This document shows positions 13,260-28,760 of a stretch of DNA of 64,000 bases, piece by piece (the stretch's first letter is position 1; every line of letters starts with the position of its first letter). The position numbers and the translations under genes are program-made. This stretch comes from Eledone cirrhosa (lineage: Eukaryota): assembly GCA_964016885.1 (NCBI GenBank), contig OZ024751.1:37758001-37822000 (forward strand), in the 5' to 3' direction. The notes beneath the pieces were generated by a model. The model made no database searches, was not told the origin of the DNA, and saw nothing but the letters and a program-made list of their open reading frames with translations.

Positions 13260-14406
13260 CATATAACCAGTTTTCTGATAATTTTAGTTCCGTGTTTAAA
13301 ATATGTCATTGAAATTATCACATGTATATAGCTAAACATATAACGATGTACATGTGTATTTGCCTGTGCTTGTCCATCTGTGTTTGCACGAAGATGTATG
13401 AATATGGGTATGATTAAATCTATGTTAGATTCCAAGATGAAAGTAGGCGATTAAAATTGGACAGAAGAACAATTACTAAATTGCTGATTTTCAGGTCATT
13501 GACTTTGCTGTAAAGTGATAAAAATGTTGAAACTTAATTCACCGTAGTAAAATAAAATATAACCCAATTATACTATAAAGATAGCAACAGTGCGTTAACC
13601 TATTAGAACTGACATAAATAATAAATAGAAGCTAAATCTCTATAAATGATATCATATAATGTTGATACACAGTCAGATAAAATAACACTGTGTTATTTGT
13701 TCTGGTCCTTTTAGTTCTGGTTTCGTATCACTCTGAGGTCCATCTTCCCAGAGTCGATGAAATAATGCACCAGGATTGATTTAATCAAATATAAACTTCC
13801 TAGAAATTTATTTAGGTTTTATGCCTTAGTTAAATATTATGGAAGGTCTTTAGATAAATATCAAAGATTTAACACTTTCGTTATTTATATCTCTAATGAA
13901 AATCAATGCCTATTAAATAATTAACAAAATATATACTCAAATTCAAGAATTTAGAACGGTATATTAATATCACTAACTCTTTCAATATTAAGCTGCTGTG
14001 TGAAACATGACTTAACAAAAGCCCTTACATAAAATTAAGTGGGGAAGGTTTTCGATAAATGATATACAATAAAAAAAGAACAGAATTGTAGCATAGAATC
14101 GGGGCCGGTTTCAACCTTTAAGCATAAAATTAGTTTTCAACTCTGGGTCTTAACCCAGTCTGTTGCAAATAAGGTACAACACCGAAATATACCCAGTTAT
14201 TACGTATAAGGTGAAATAGAGTTTATTACGAAAACATATGTAATGTGTATGTAAATCCTACACCAACGTATAACCAGATGTTTTTGATATGAATAGAAAT
14301 TAAATATATATATTTATGTTACAAATCCCTTAACATGTTGTATGTATAGTTTTATGGCAATTGAATAAACAGCACAATATACATGTATATACACGTAATC
14401 ACACGT

Positions 14407-14533
14407 ATTTGTGTGGGAGTCATGTGTGTATATATTTGTGTGTGGGAGTCATATGTGTATATATTTGTGTGTGGAAGTCATGTGTGTATATATTTGCGTA
14501 TGGAAGTCATGTGTGTATATATTTGTGTGTGTG
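14407..14533. repeat. About 29-bp minisatellite x4
   Basis: atttgtgtgtgggagtcatgtgtgtatat repeated. Confidence 0.85.
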
Positions 14534-14763
14534 ATGTTGAGCAAGTTCGTATATGTGATACACATTTCATAAACACCATTATCCCACCAACACTTAATAT
14601 AGACACATATACATACTTTATATATATATATATGCGTGTGTATGTGTGTGTGTTTCTATGTGTCTGTGTGTGTGTGCTTGTGTGCTTGTGTACAGATACA
14701 TCCGCACACATATATAACAGCGTTCAATGCGATCGTATCGTATTTCTATATTTTAATGCTCAC

Positions 14764-14829
<66 letters not shown>

Positions 14830-16154
14830 ATATACATGACAAGGGAAATATTATTAACAGAGTTTCCATATAAAAATATTCCTATAAATTTAAATATTCT
14901 CAATAATCTGTTATATATAAAAACTGGGTGCAATCTAACTTATAGCCTATGAGTGTAGCGTAGAATAAGTTGCAAGAACTTATTCATATTTTTCGCTGCC
15001 TAGCCGTTCGTTCGTGAAAAGAACTGCCGGAAATGAATTTATACGTTAATAAATGATTTTACTCAATTATGTTTGCCATGCTAGTCAAATGTGCACAAAC
15101 AGAAATTACATAATTTAGCAGCTAATTGAATGAAGGCTTAAATAAATACACTGATTAAATTACAAAGCTGTGTCATAATTCGAGACTTGAGGCCAAAAAC
15201 ACTGATTATATAAATTGTTTGCGTTTCGATATGATTTGCACGCATGTTCTCAACAGTGAAATTTATGCAAATGTTATAAGTTTACAGGCAAAACATAGAA
15301 GCAGGAAGGAATCTTATTTGAAATCTGTTTGGGTTTAGCATATTCCTTGCATGTTTTGCCACCATTATGGAGCTCATTAACGCAATGTGTTTGTGTCTAA
15401 CGGCGTTAATATTACCCTTTACGGTAAAATACTAGAATGAATAACTTTGTCTGGAACCCGGTTTTATATAATACTCATACGAGTTCCAACCATATTGGAT
15501 TCCAATTAATATTTACGGGTTTAACATTAAGAATAAGAGTAACTTTCATAGTTACACTCATTCACCTAAAATTAACTAACCGTAGATGATATCATTTATG
15601 TAATATTTTAAATTAAATTATTAATTAGTAATTTATAACAATAATCCCTTCATTTTATAATGGTAAAATTTGGAACGAAATCATAGAAGAGTCTGGGAAG
15701 GATGGTGGTTTCCATGTTGGTAGTGAGTGTTATGTAACTTGGTGCTGTTATGTAAACTGTATGATGTGTCACTGGCTGTTTTTATTTAATTCTGTTTTGG
15801 TGAATATATTAGGTAAAATATTAATCCCTCATTACTTATCTTAAAGAATATATTTTAAAAATACTACTAAAATAATATAAGACACCTTAAACTCCCAAAA
15901 GAAAAGGACAGTAAAATCTCTCAGCATTAGCCTATGTTGTAGTGAAAAATAATATAATTTACTTTAATGAGCTGATATCCATTAGACATATATATTGCAT
16001 TCGGGTAGGTGTAGCTGTATAATGCATACAGCATATTTTATCGAGATAGTATTTTATTATGTAATTATATGTATTATTTTCGAGAAAACCAGGTCGGTAA
16101 AATAGGTATCAGAATCCAAGAAAAAAATAGAGGGGTTAAAATAATCGAGGAAAT

Positions 16155-16218
16155 TCCCTCCAAGGCTGCGTCTCAACATGGCCGCAATTTAATGACTAAA
16201 AACAGTAAAAAAGAATAT
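16155..16218 (+). mobile_element. SINE 3' end
   Basis: caaggctgcgtctcaacatggccgcaatttaatgactaaaaacagtaaaaaagaata; related 3' ends at 23685-23732 and 32605-32651. Confidence 0.55.
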
Positions 16219-16542
16219 CTAAAGCACAGAATAAAGAATAAACTATTGACTTGGCGCCAGTTTAATTCCTGTTATATGATCAAGAGTTCTCGCACGATTT
16301 GAATTGTGTAACAATACCTGTAGCAACATAGTAGCCTTTATAGAAACCTCCAGCTAATGAAGTTGTTGGCAAACATACACTTCTCTCCAGCAACTATTCG
16401 CAACTGTTTTTTTCTCTCTTCTATCTTATGATACCCAATTGCTTTAGCTTTGCTTAATGTTGTTACATAAACACTCAATGTCCCCATGAAACTTGGCAAA
16501 AGTTTTAACTTGCTGTTTAACATTACCAAATTTATACTTCCT

Positions 16543-16594
<52 letters not shown>

Positions 16595-16677
16595 TAAATA
16601 TATATGCACACATATATATATATATATATATAGCGATACACACATATATACACACACACACACAAACACACACGCAT

Positions 16678-16727
<50 letters not shown>

Positions 16728-17220
16728 ATACTTATAATGTATGTATATATGTAATGCTTGGGTGTCTTGTTGATATATTTTGACAACCTGACGTACACAC
16801 TATCCCCACTGAGGCTTCACTAATTTAATGCACAAATATCACACAACGAGAATCACTGGCTGTACATCTCATCTGCAATTCACTTATCCTCAACTAAGTT
16901 TCCATAAACACACATACACAAACATATATATGCATATATATAATGTATATATATAATGCATATATATAATGTATATATATAATGCATATATATAATGTAT
17001 ATATATATGTATATACATAATGTATATATATATGTATATACATAATGTATATATATGTATATATATATGTGTGTGTGTGTGGTATGTGAGTGTGAAGATC
17101 TGTATATGTGTGTGTGTGTTCGTATATGAAATTTGTTGGTTGTCCAGTTGTGGAAGTAAATGTGTATACATACGTATATGTGGGTGTGAGATAGATACCA
17201 ATGCAAATACATACCTTATG

Positions 17221-17291
<71 letters not shown>

Positions 17292-17985
17292 TACACAATC
17301 ATACATCTGTGTATATGCATATATATAAACGTATATTTTCTGTTTGCAATGGTGTATATAAGTATATAAGTGTTTGTTACAGAGGACACAGAAAATGTTT
17401 CGTTGTAATCTTGTGGTGGTTTTGTTATGTAACATAAATAACTAAAAATAAAGGTTATTTGTAGTATAACAATACAACAAAGCATATCCCGTAGTCTCAT
17501 CTCGCTTTTAGTGAACTGGAATGGAGACGATGACAATAGCATGGGGGAACGTCTAGTCAGGTAGATGAATGGTATATCTCATATTGATGTATTGTAATTC
17601 ATTTATTATGGCCAAAATATTTGGCATTGATGGAAAATATACAGAGACACAGAACGTTCTATTTTTTGAATAGGTACAAGCAAAGTATTCATTGTAGACG
17701 AGTAAAACAATTGAATTTCCCTATTGTATTGCTGGGTCATATTTTAGAGAGAGGTCTATAAATCAAAAAGGTTGCCCATTTACTTACGAAATATTTTGTC
17801 ACTATGTATATATGCGTGCAAATATATACTTACAAATATGTACATATTATCCCCCCCCCCACACACACACGCAGATATATGTATGTATTTATGTATGCAT
17901 ATATATATGTATGATCATAAACACAAATATATTTGTATAGATAGATATATGAAACGACAATGTACAAACACATACACAATAAATA

Positions 17986-18059
<74 letters not shown>

Positions 18060-18482
18060 GCAGATGCTTGAGAATGTTTGTTACATTGCATTAATCTGTC
18101 TGTTTTGACTAGCTGTGCTCTGATTTCACATCGAGTCTACCTACAACTAACTTTGTCTTTGTATATCTTGGTTATTCTAGAGTAGAATATTTTCTTCTAA
18201 GTTGCTGAGTAAGCAATACATAGCGTGGTGGAGGTGGTGAAGGAGGGTGGTGGTGGTGGTGGTGGTGGAGGTGGTGAAGGAGAGTGGTGGTGAAGGAGGG
18301 TGGTGGTGGTGATGGAGGTGGTGGTGTGCTTATTTTCACAAATATTTTGAAATTGGTAAAAATACGTACAGATCGATAAAAATACATTGATCTACGCCAT
18401 TTGCTAAATAATCAGCACAATGTTGATTGTTATATAGGTGCGAATTTTTTGTTTACTTACCTACACTGATCTCTCTCTCTCG

Positions 18483-18886
<404 letters not shown>

Positions 18887-19436
18887 ACTATGTGTGTGTG
18901 GCTGTATGTATGTATTATGTGTGTATTTGTATGTCTGTAAGATCGGTTTTCTCCCCACGCCACTGATTAGGTGATACATCCTTTTGCCTTACGGTAAACC
19001 AGCCCAACCATGACCTACACTACATGATCAGCTATTATGTAATTGTTAAAGCTGATTTACTGCCAGAAGAGAAAAAGAAAAACATACGAAACTTTCCAAT
19101 AAATCCCATAAAAAAAAAACAAATCTAATCACATTGGAAACTGATTGAACGCGACGGCATGATTTCAAATAATGGCTGTGTTATATTTACATCTTACATC
19201 TTCTTTAAGATATTTTCAATTTTGTAAAAGCTTCTCTCTACCTCTCACTATCTTTCTATATATCTATCTTTCTTTCTACCCATCTATATATCTTACTATC
19301 TATCTATCCATATGTCTATTTATCTATCCATCTACCAAGACTACCTACTCATTTATATATCTATCAATCGATCAGCTGTTTGATCTGTACTTATTTTGTT
19401 ATGTCTATTTCTTCCTTTATCTTTATACACACACAG

Positions 19437-19492
<56 letters not shown>

Positions 19493-19590
19493 CTCTCGAT
19501 CGACTTTCGCCAAATCGGACCGAGGAAACAATGTTTCCGTCGGTCTTTCCTGTTGCTAGTACTATCTATCGGTCGCAACTCCAGGTAGAA

Positions 19591-19710
19591 GGAGCAACGT
19601 GAAATAAAGTGTCTTGCTCAAGGACATAACGCATCACCCGGTCCAAGAATCGAACTCACAACCTCAAGATTGTGAATCCAACTCTCTAACCACTCAGCCA
19701 CACGCCTTCA
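19591..19710 (-). mobile_element. tRNA-derived SINE 5' part (CORE-like domain)
   Basis: Reverse strand: A box tggctgagtgg, B box gttcgattc, then atgtccttgagcaagacacttt. Confidence 0.75.
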
Positions 19711-19818
19711 CCATATATATATATATATATACACACACACAATTATAAGCATGTGTGCAATAATGAGGGGCATTGATAAACAGAGGTTTATGTATATATT
19801 AAAACATATACATACGAT

Positions 19819-19880
<62 letters not shown>

Positions 19881-20221
19881 TGTGTGTGTGTGTGTGTATG
19901 TGTGTACGATTATATAATCTACAGTCTCGCATACTTCTCTCAAACGCTCATTGTATCTCCAGGTTCCACACTCCACATTCCCTACCCTATCTCATTCGAT
20001 CTCTTTTCATGGCAGCACGGACAATAAATGATAAACCACGTATATGTCTATGTGTATATTTGAATCTACTTTCACCATGTACCGTGTAAGAGATGCGCAA
20101 TCGCGTTCTCAAATATGTATTTGGTTTAAGCTTGTGCATTTCTGCGTAGTCAGTAATAAATATACATATGTTAAGATTTGGAAAACCTATTAATATATAT
20201 ATATTTATATATCTATATACG

Positions 20222-20345
20222 ACGAATGAAACATTTCGAATCTTGTAGTAGGAATGTCTATAATAAAGTAAATATGCCTATACTCTACGTATTGAGTACA
20301 TTGTTTTAACTGTGATTATCTCGCGATATACATCGGTATTCCATC
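20222..20345 (+). mobile_element. Family C diverged copy, 5'-truncated
   Basis: acgaatgaaacatttcgaatcttgtag...tactctacgtattgagtac...ctgtgattatc aligns with 36850-36966; TA flanks. Confidence 0.6.
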
Positions 20346-20365
20346 TATATATATTTATATACATG

Positions 20366-20407
<42 letters not shown>

Positions 20408-20505
20408 CGTATACGCACACATACACATATATATACATATACACACACATATACATATATATAACTGTGTATATGTATATATATGTGTATGCGTACGTAT
20501 ATGTG

Positions 20506-20576
<71 letters not shown>

Positions 20577-20627
20577 ATGTATATAAATATATATAGATGG
20601 AATATCGATGTATATATATATATATAA

Positions 20628-20706
<79 letters not shown>

Positions 20707-21466
20707 CGCGGCTCTATATAAAGCCTATAGAACAAGACGCTTCTTCAGTTAGTGTATGTCGGTATGTTGTATGCTACATGCTATCTTTAGAGTTCTGTTC
20801 TTTAGATATTTCAACGAAGAAAATCCATAACCCATGCTCAGAATCCTTACAGCCACATTCGACATTAGGCTGTCATTCTTTTCAGTGCGTCATTGATGTC
20901 AGCAATGCTTTGCATCGCTATCTCTTCTCTTCTAGAAACATCAACATCAACTCGATATATCATTTCTTCCTTTTCTCTATCCCTTCCTTTCTCACTCCCC
21001 TTTCTACCCCGTACCCGCTTTTATCTTCTCTTTATTCTTCTTCTTTCCTCCTCTTCTCTATTGCTACAATATCGATCTATAGATTTCTCTATGTTAGCAA
21101 ATGTATCGCTATGCATGTGTGTGTAAACATCCATGCATGTACTCGTGCACTGATGTTTGTTTGAATGTTCTTATACCATTTTGCTTACATTCATGAAGAA
21201 CAACCAATATCGCTTTCTATTTATCTATCTATCCATCCATCAATCTAACTATCCATCTATATGTCGATATATCAGCCTACCTACACATATTCCTAACTAT
21301 CATTCTGTCTACATACTCATTTCCCTAGCTAACCCTCTGCCTACATATCTACCTATCTATCCACATGTCCATCTTATGGCCTACCTACACACGTTCCTAT
21401 ACATCCTTCTGCCTATATATCTATTTATCTATCTATCTATCCAACCATTCATCAATCTATCTCTCT

Positions 21467-21501
<35 letters not shown>

Positions 21502-21878
21502 GATATATATATCTACCTACACATCTCCCTACCTACATTTCTGCCTACCTAACTATCGATCCATCTTCCTTACCTCTATATCTACCTCTCTACCTGTCTA
21601 TCTATATAGCTATATATATATATATCTATTTCCCTTACAAATCTACCCAGTTCTGTATTTATCTACTTTCCTACTTACCTACATCTCTATCTCATTATCA
21701 GTATTTATCTAACCATCTAGCAACATGTTTTATCTATATACCTTATTATTTATCTCTTCTACCATTCAGGCTATCGGTGCTATCCTCATTTATTTTTACT
21801 TCAGTCTCCTAACGATATATATCATTCTTATAACAATACCTTCATCTTGCAGTTGTTACTTTCTTTTTTATTGTTGGG

Positions 21879-22034
21879 GTGTTGTTGTTGTTGTTGCTGT
21901 TGTTGCTGTTGTTGCTGTTGCTGTTGTTGTTGCTGTTGTTGCTGCTGTAATTGTTGTTGTTGCGGTTGTTGCTGCTGTTGCGGTTGTTGTTGTTGCTGTT
22001 GCTGTTGTTGCGGTTGTTGTTGCTGTTGCTGTTA

Positions 22035-22065
<31 letters not shown>

Positions 22066-22134
22066 AGTTGTTGTTGCTGTTGTTGCGGTTGTTGTTGCTG
22101 TTGTTGCTGTTGTTGTTGCGGTTGTTGTGGTTGT
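21879..22134. repeat. (GTT/GCT)n trinucleotide tract
   Basis: Direct reading. Confidence 0.95.
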
Positions 22135-22445
22135 AGGTTTTAGCTTACTAGTTTTATATTATGTTCAGTATTATTTACATGTTTTTAGGATCATGTTGAT
22201 AATGATGATGATGATGATGATGAGAATAATCATCATCATCGTTGTCGTCAGCATTAGTTACAACATCCTCATTTCCATGTCTATCATCATTATCATCATC
22301 CTCAACATCGTCTTCATAGACAACCTCATCACCATCCTCATCACCATCGTCATAGTAACCATCAACGTAACTGCCTTATCCCCCGCCCCAACCCACGTCT
22401 CCACATTACCATCACCGTAACCATCATTATTGTCTTAACCATCGT

Positions 22446-22720
22446 CACCACCACCACCACCACCATCCCAATATCCTCATCATCAACCTCCTCCTCACCA
22501 CCACCACCACCACCACCTCCATCCCAATATCCTCATCATCAACCTCCTCCTCACCACCACCAACACCACCACCACCACCAACATCCCAATATCCTCATCA
22601 TCAACCTCCTCCTCACCACCACCACCACCAACACCACCACCACCACCAACATCCCAATATGCTCATCATCAACCTCCTCACCACCACCACCATCATCACC
22701 ATCATCCCAATATCCTCATC
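22446..22720. repeat. About 57-66-bp ACC-rich minisatellite x5
   Basis: (acc)n-atcccaatatcctcatcatcaacctcctc recurs. Confidence 0.9.
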
Positions 22721-23185
22721 ATTAACCATCCCCACCACCATCACCAGTCTATTTCACTCTTCATCCCTACCATTTCTAGCATCAGTAAATATATTTATAT
22801 GTCTGCATGTTCACTTAACGATTTTTTTTTCCCTTTGTTTTCTTTGGATGTGTTTTGTTTTGTTGTTTTGTTTTGTTTTGTTCTATATGTTTCTCTCTTT
22901 TAGATATTTTGGGTTCTCTTTTACATTTTCTGACCGAATTTTGCATATCATTTTTTTTTTCTTTCAGATCAGTAAAACTCTTTTAACTTGCCGTAGTCCA
23001 TGGCTTTTAATCACAATTTCATTCACCCCATCTCTCTCACATGTCCTTTTATCTCTCGTTCTCTCTCTCCCTCTTTCTTTCACTGTGTATATATGCGTAA
23101 TTATATATACTTATATACACATATACATATAAATACATATGCACACACACACACACACATATATATATACATATAAATACATATG

Positions 23186-23219
<34 letters not shown>

Positions 23220-23256
23220 AATACATATGCACACACACACATACACTTATATACAC

Positions 23257-23353
<97 letters not shown>

Positions 23354-23379
23354 TGTGTATATATGTGTGTGTGTGTGTG

Positions 23380-23418
<39 letters not shown>

Positions 23419-23684
23419 GTATATACACGTGTGTCGGTGTATGTGTATGTCTGTACGAATATATACAGTAATGTACAATTTTCCTCTTTTAACTGTTCCA
23501 GCTGATGTGTTGCAGACAAAGTGAGGGCATATAAATTAGAATATGTTGTGTAATACATGGAGTAATATAGAATTATACTGGAGACAATCAGCAACTGGTT
23601 AGCCATAAATATACACTCTATGTCCTGTATTTAGTACTCTTGTCTTTCACAAGAGAAGAATAAAGTTATGAATTATATATATAT

Positions 23685-23732
23685 ATGGCCTCAGCCGGAT
23701 AGCTGGAACAGGTAAAAAGAGTAGAAGAGTAA
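23685..23732 (+). mobile_element. Short SINE 3'-end fragment between TA tracts
   Basis: Near reverse complement of 32605-32651. Confidence 0.6.
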
Positions 23733-23742
23733 TATATATATA

Positions 23743-23817
23743 TTAGGGTAGTAGAGTGGGTAATAGGAACGAGTAGGACACTGACGCCTGAGCTCAGCCG
23801 TCGGGGTCCTACTCGTT

Positions 23818-23822
<5 letters not shown>
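23743..23822 (-). mobile_element. Family A copy (short fold-back, partial tail)
   Basis: ttagggtagtagagtgggtaataggaacgagtagg...cctactcgttct; TA flanks. Confidence 0.8.
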
Positions 23823-23871
<49 letters not shown>

Positions 23872-23903
23872 ACGGTATGTAATTCGAAGGGTGTATTTTG
23901 AGT

Positions 23904-23955
<52 letters not shown>

Positions 23956-24006
23956 AGAGAGAGAGAGAGAAAGAGAGAGAGATAGAGAAAGAGAGAGATT
24001 TGTACG

Positions 24007-24038
<32 letters not shown>

Positions 24039-24525
24039 TAATATATATGTGCGTGTGTTCTACTAAATGGCTTAAAGACACATTTCATTTTTGCTCTCTC
24101 TTTCGTTCTATTTTCCTTCACTTTCTTATTTCCAATGTTTCATCATTATTCTATTTGTTTTTGCGCTTCTATCCATTTAGCATCTAATTTTTTTTTTTTC
24201 TCTTTTTCTTATTTCCTTTTTATTCCCGAAATGTCGATTTAGATAATAGGTTCCGAATGCAACCAACTTTTAGCGAGAGATACTGAGCTAGACTACAACA
24301 TCGATTATCTGTAAAAGTGCCAAATACAACTACAGTGGTCACCTTATAGTATTACTGCAGAATATGAGGAACATGGAGGATTATATGATGTATGGCTAGA
24401 CGGAAAATGTATCGGCTTTAGAAGAAGAAGAAAAATAAAACAGAATCCTAAATAGAGAGGAGATATGGACAATGGTGATGAATGCATAGTAAAGCTGGCA
24501 GAGAGACAGAAGAAAGAGGAGGGAC

Positions 24526-24583
<58 letters not shown>

Positions 24584-24978
24584 GACTAAAATCAAAGTTG
24601 CAACTGCGATTAGCATTTTGCGAAATCAATCTTCCAAGGCTGGTACAAAGCACTCAATGAGGATATATATATATATGGGAGAGTGCGGGAGAAAGAAAGA
24701 GAGGAGAGAGAGAGAGAGAGTCGGAGAGAAAGGATTAAATGTTAGTCAGAGAAGGGTAGTTCCATACAGTGAGAAAGGCAATTAGAAGATGATAGAGTAG
24801 AAAAATATTTTATATAGGTGCTGGTCTAAGAAGAGGTAGAGGAAATAGAGTCTGCCATAGACTAGATTGATTTTGAGAAATATCGTATATATTAATGTTT
24901 ACACAGACACACAAACACAGATAATTAAATGTATAAACATATGTATGCATATATATATATACACATATATATATACAC

Positions 24979-25013
<35 letters not shown>

Positions 25014-25929
25014 ATATTAAACTTAAGCCAATATCTCATTTTATTTTGTGGTGGGAGGGTATAAGCCAGACCCGCTAAAGTAAGTCCCTTTTTACTTATA
25101 TTATTAGTAATGCACTGGGTAATTACTGGCCTTGTGCCAAAAGTAGAAACAATTATTACTCGACACTGGTTTCTGGAATATACACACACACGCACACACA
25201 CACATATATATATCAGCAGTAACACTAAGATAGCGTCAAGCATTATTTTCTCTACACACATGAGCATCTACAGCAAATGTTCCTAACGTAAATTATATAT
25301 GGGCTCTAGTCACTTTTCAAGTCGGTTATCTGCTCCTACGTTCAATAAAGTTAAGATGAGAAATCGTCCACAGTCCGTCATGTAAAACATATTAGAAACA
25401 ACAGATTTTTGAAGAGCAAGAATAAAATCATACTTAATTCGAGGTATACCCCGCTAATTACTAAAAGAAATGCATTTTTTTTTCTACCTAATAACGACTG
25501 AATCTGTTTTGTACCTAGCAATGTATCGAATTACTCCATAAAACTGTCGCTGACGTTTAACGATGTACTAGATAGGCAATACACGATATTATAAGTTGTG
25601 CAGGAATAAATATTGGTGTTTGTTAAACAGTTAAATTATGTTTGTGATGATTATATTTTGAATGTACTTACCTTGGTATTTTAGGGTTCTTATTATACAT
25701 TTTCATCAGTACTTTATTGAGGACAAATGAGGCCCTGTGTTGGTTAAGTTATGAGGCCCCTTACGTTTGAAAAATTCATCGTAAAAACATTTTTTGGAAG
25801 GAAGATGATCCCCGGCCAACGGCGCCATGTGCTTAAGCAATGGCAGGTACTGATTTTCATCGTCATTTTATATTCATCTCAATCTTCATGTTGTTGTTTT
25901 CCTTTCCGATGTAATCTACTCAATATTGC

Positions 25930-26060
25930 TTTCTTGTATAGGTACAAGGCCAGCAACTTTACGGGGAGGGGAAATTCGATGAAATCGACTCCAGTGCGTG
26001 ACTGTTACTTTATTTTATCGACCCCGCCGTAAGTATGAAAGGCAAAGTTAACCTCGATTG
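25930..26060 (-). mobile_element. SINE (Meta-like domain)
   Basis: tttattttatcgacccc...tgaaaggcaaagttaacctcg is the reverse complement of the SINE core. Confidence 0.8.
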
Positions 26061-27009
26061 GTATACAACAATATGAGAGAGAATTGAACCGAAAATGCAA
26101 TGGTTTAGAATAGATACGTGAGAGAAGAGATATTGAAGTATATTTAGAAACTAATTGAGATATGGGGGCGAGGATTTCAATCAATGAGCACCCAGTCATG
26201 TTGGCTCAACAGAATTGGCTTGATTGACATTTTACCACTATTTATATAATGTGTGTTCCCGAGTATTTATAAAGTAATAGAATGTGAGATAGAGACGAAA
26301 TGAACGTAGATTAGCTATTAACTTGATAAATAGTATGAGTCTTTCTCTCCATTTCTCTCTCTGTATACATACATATATACATGCATATATACGTACTTAT
26401 ATACGTACATAGACAGATAAACATATAAATGCGTATACACATATATACATACACACATACATAAAAAATCATACATACATACACAAACATTATAGATACA
26501 TATATATATATATATATACATACAATATATATGCATACATACACTCGCACATACACATTCATATATACATACACATACATATATATTACACATACATATT
26601 ATACAACATCAAGAAAATGTGACTTAATTGATTATTCTGAGGGACTTTGTCTGAATTATGTTCAAGATCAGATATTGCTTTTGCTGGCAGGCAACTGACA
26701 TTGCGTTGGCCTTGTCACTTGAAGCTATCTTAGTTATTCAACTGAAAAACTCTAATAGTTATCATACTAACATTGATACTATATATTTGAAATATACAGC
26801 ATTTACTAAAATGAATTACCAACATAGTAGAACTAACTTAAGAAGCGAAACATCAATGTATCCTTGGGAATGTAGCATAGGAGAATGGTTAAATATTTGC
26901 CTTTGAAACAATGAGGTGAAGGGTTTCATCGTACTTTATGGTACCTAGAGCAACTGATGTTTATCAGGGCCTTTTAAAGTGGACTGAAAACATGGTAGAA
27001 CTAAGCTAT

Positions 27010-27200
27010 GGAGTGTGGATTGGAAATATCAATAGAGCGTTAGACACCACTCTTCGCAGCATAGAGTTAGGGCCTTTTACGTTCTGAGTTCAAATCCCTC
27101 CGAGGTTATCTTTACCTTTCATCCTTATGGGGTCGATTTAATCGATTTTATTCCTCCCCTTTAAATTGCTTGCCTTGTGCATAAAGTAAAAACAATTATC
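27010..27200 (+). mobile_element. SINE (B box + Meta-like domain)
   Basis: gttctgagttcaaatccctccgaggttatctttacctttcatccttatggggtcgat...aaacaattat. Confidence 0.8.
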
Positions 27201-27214
27201 AGGCCGTGTATATG

Positions 27215-27440
27215 TATATAAGCAAAAGGGATATTTAATTTGTTGGTAATTCAACAAATATAAATGTTTATAACTGATTCAGAGCACTCGACGGGTTTTC
27301 TGGACTATAATATTCAATGATATTAAATAAATGGAAACTATAATTATAAAACCATAGTTATTATATTATATATATTTCAAGGGTACCAAAACTTTGGTTC
27401 GCTCTCATCAGATAAAACACAAAGTTTGTTTTATAATACA
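27215..27440 (-). mobile_element. Family B diverged copy with tail
   Basis: Collinear with 35943-36100. Confidence 0.7.
27345..27436 (-). ncRNA. Type I hammerhead ribozyme, family B copy 3
   Basis: Reverse strand: tgttttat CTGATGA(27411-27405) gagcgaaccaaagttttggtaccctt GAAA tatata TA atataata; cleavage between 27367 and 27366. Confidence 0.8.
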
Positions 27441-27487
27441 AACATAACCAAGAAAAGATACCTTAACGGTTTAAGTTTTTCTTGGAT

Positions 27488-27900
27488 ATATATATTTATA
27501 TATATATCTATCTATATATATATAATATACATATATATATATATACACATATATATACATATATATACACATATATATACATATATATATATATACACAT
27601 ATATATATAAATATATATATACATATATATACACATATATACACATATATATACATATATACACATATATATATATAAATATATATATACATATATATAC
27701 ACATACATATACATATATATATATATACACGTATATATATATATATCAATATATATATACATATATATACACATACACATATACATATATGTGATATATA
27801 TATATGCACGTGCACATACATGCACATACATACATACATAATACACACACATACTTACAAACACACACATATACATACACACACATACAACATACATATA
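27488..27900. repeat. (TA)n/(CA)n compound microsatellite
   Basis: Direct reading. Confidence 0.95.
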
Positions 27901-28299
27901 TACTATAAATGCTATGGAATAACAAGTTAGAGAGACCCTATCTTTACAGCACACGCATTACTTTACAAACAGAATATCATTCGAAAATATGCGATAATCT
28001 AATTGTAAATAACATTGTTGTTATTGTTGTTGTCTTGTTTATTTAATAATTAGCTAGCGATCGACATTAATGAATATAATTCCTGGAAAAGATAAGGTTC
28101 CGGCGCAGACATTATCGAATGTGGATAAATGTCACGGCGTATTAGTGTACTTTAGTATATCATAGACAGTGATAACATACACTCACACATATATATATAT
28201 ATGTGCCCATACACACGCACACACACACAGATACACACATATATATATACGTACTCCGCCCCTCTTTCTATACATATTATATATATATATATATCTTTC

Positions 28300-28343
28300 T
28301 TTTAATATAGAATGACTTATACAAGTCTAGAACTGTTTCATTG
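28300..28343 (-). mobile_element. Family C fragment
   Basis: tttaatatagaatgacttatacaagtctagaactgtttcatt matches 36780-36821. Confidence 0.6.
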
Positions 28344-28643
<300 letters not shown>

Positions 28644-28651
28644 ATATATAT

Positions 28652-28760
28652 ATATTGTTATACTTAGGGAGGGTTATGTTGCCAATAAGAAACACACGCA
28701 CCAGTTGCTTTCACTTCAATTTATAACAATATCGGTTTCAACACACGATTTCAGAAACGA
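28652..28760 (-). mobile_element. Family J TA-flanked element
   Basis: Shares terminus accctcc(t/c)aagtataacaata and internal blocks with 45995-46160. Confidence 0.55.

Noticed and set aside
16300-16525. Possible degraded coding sequence on the - strand
   Set aside because: Stops in the most protein-like frame and no motif I can name.
19630-19710. tRNA gene
   Set aside because: A and B boxes are present but there is no proper cloverleaf and the sequence continues into a SINE body.
21725-22420. Val/Ala-rich and poly-Cys ORFs
   Set aside because: They translate GTT/GCT and ATG/ATC trinucleotide tracts, with no domain evidence.
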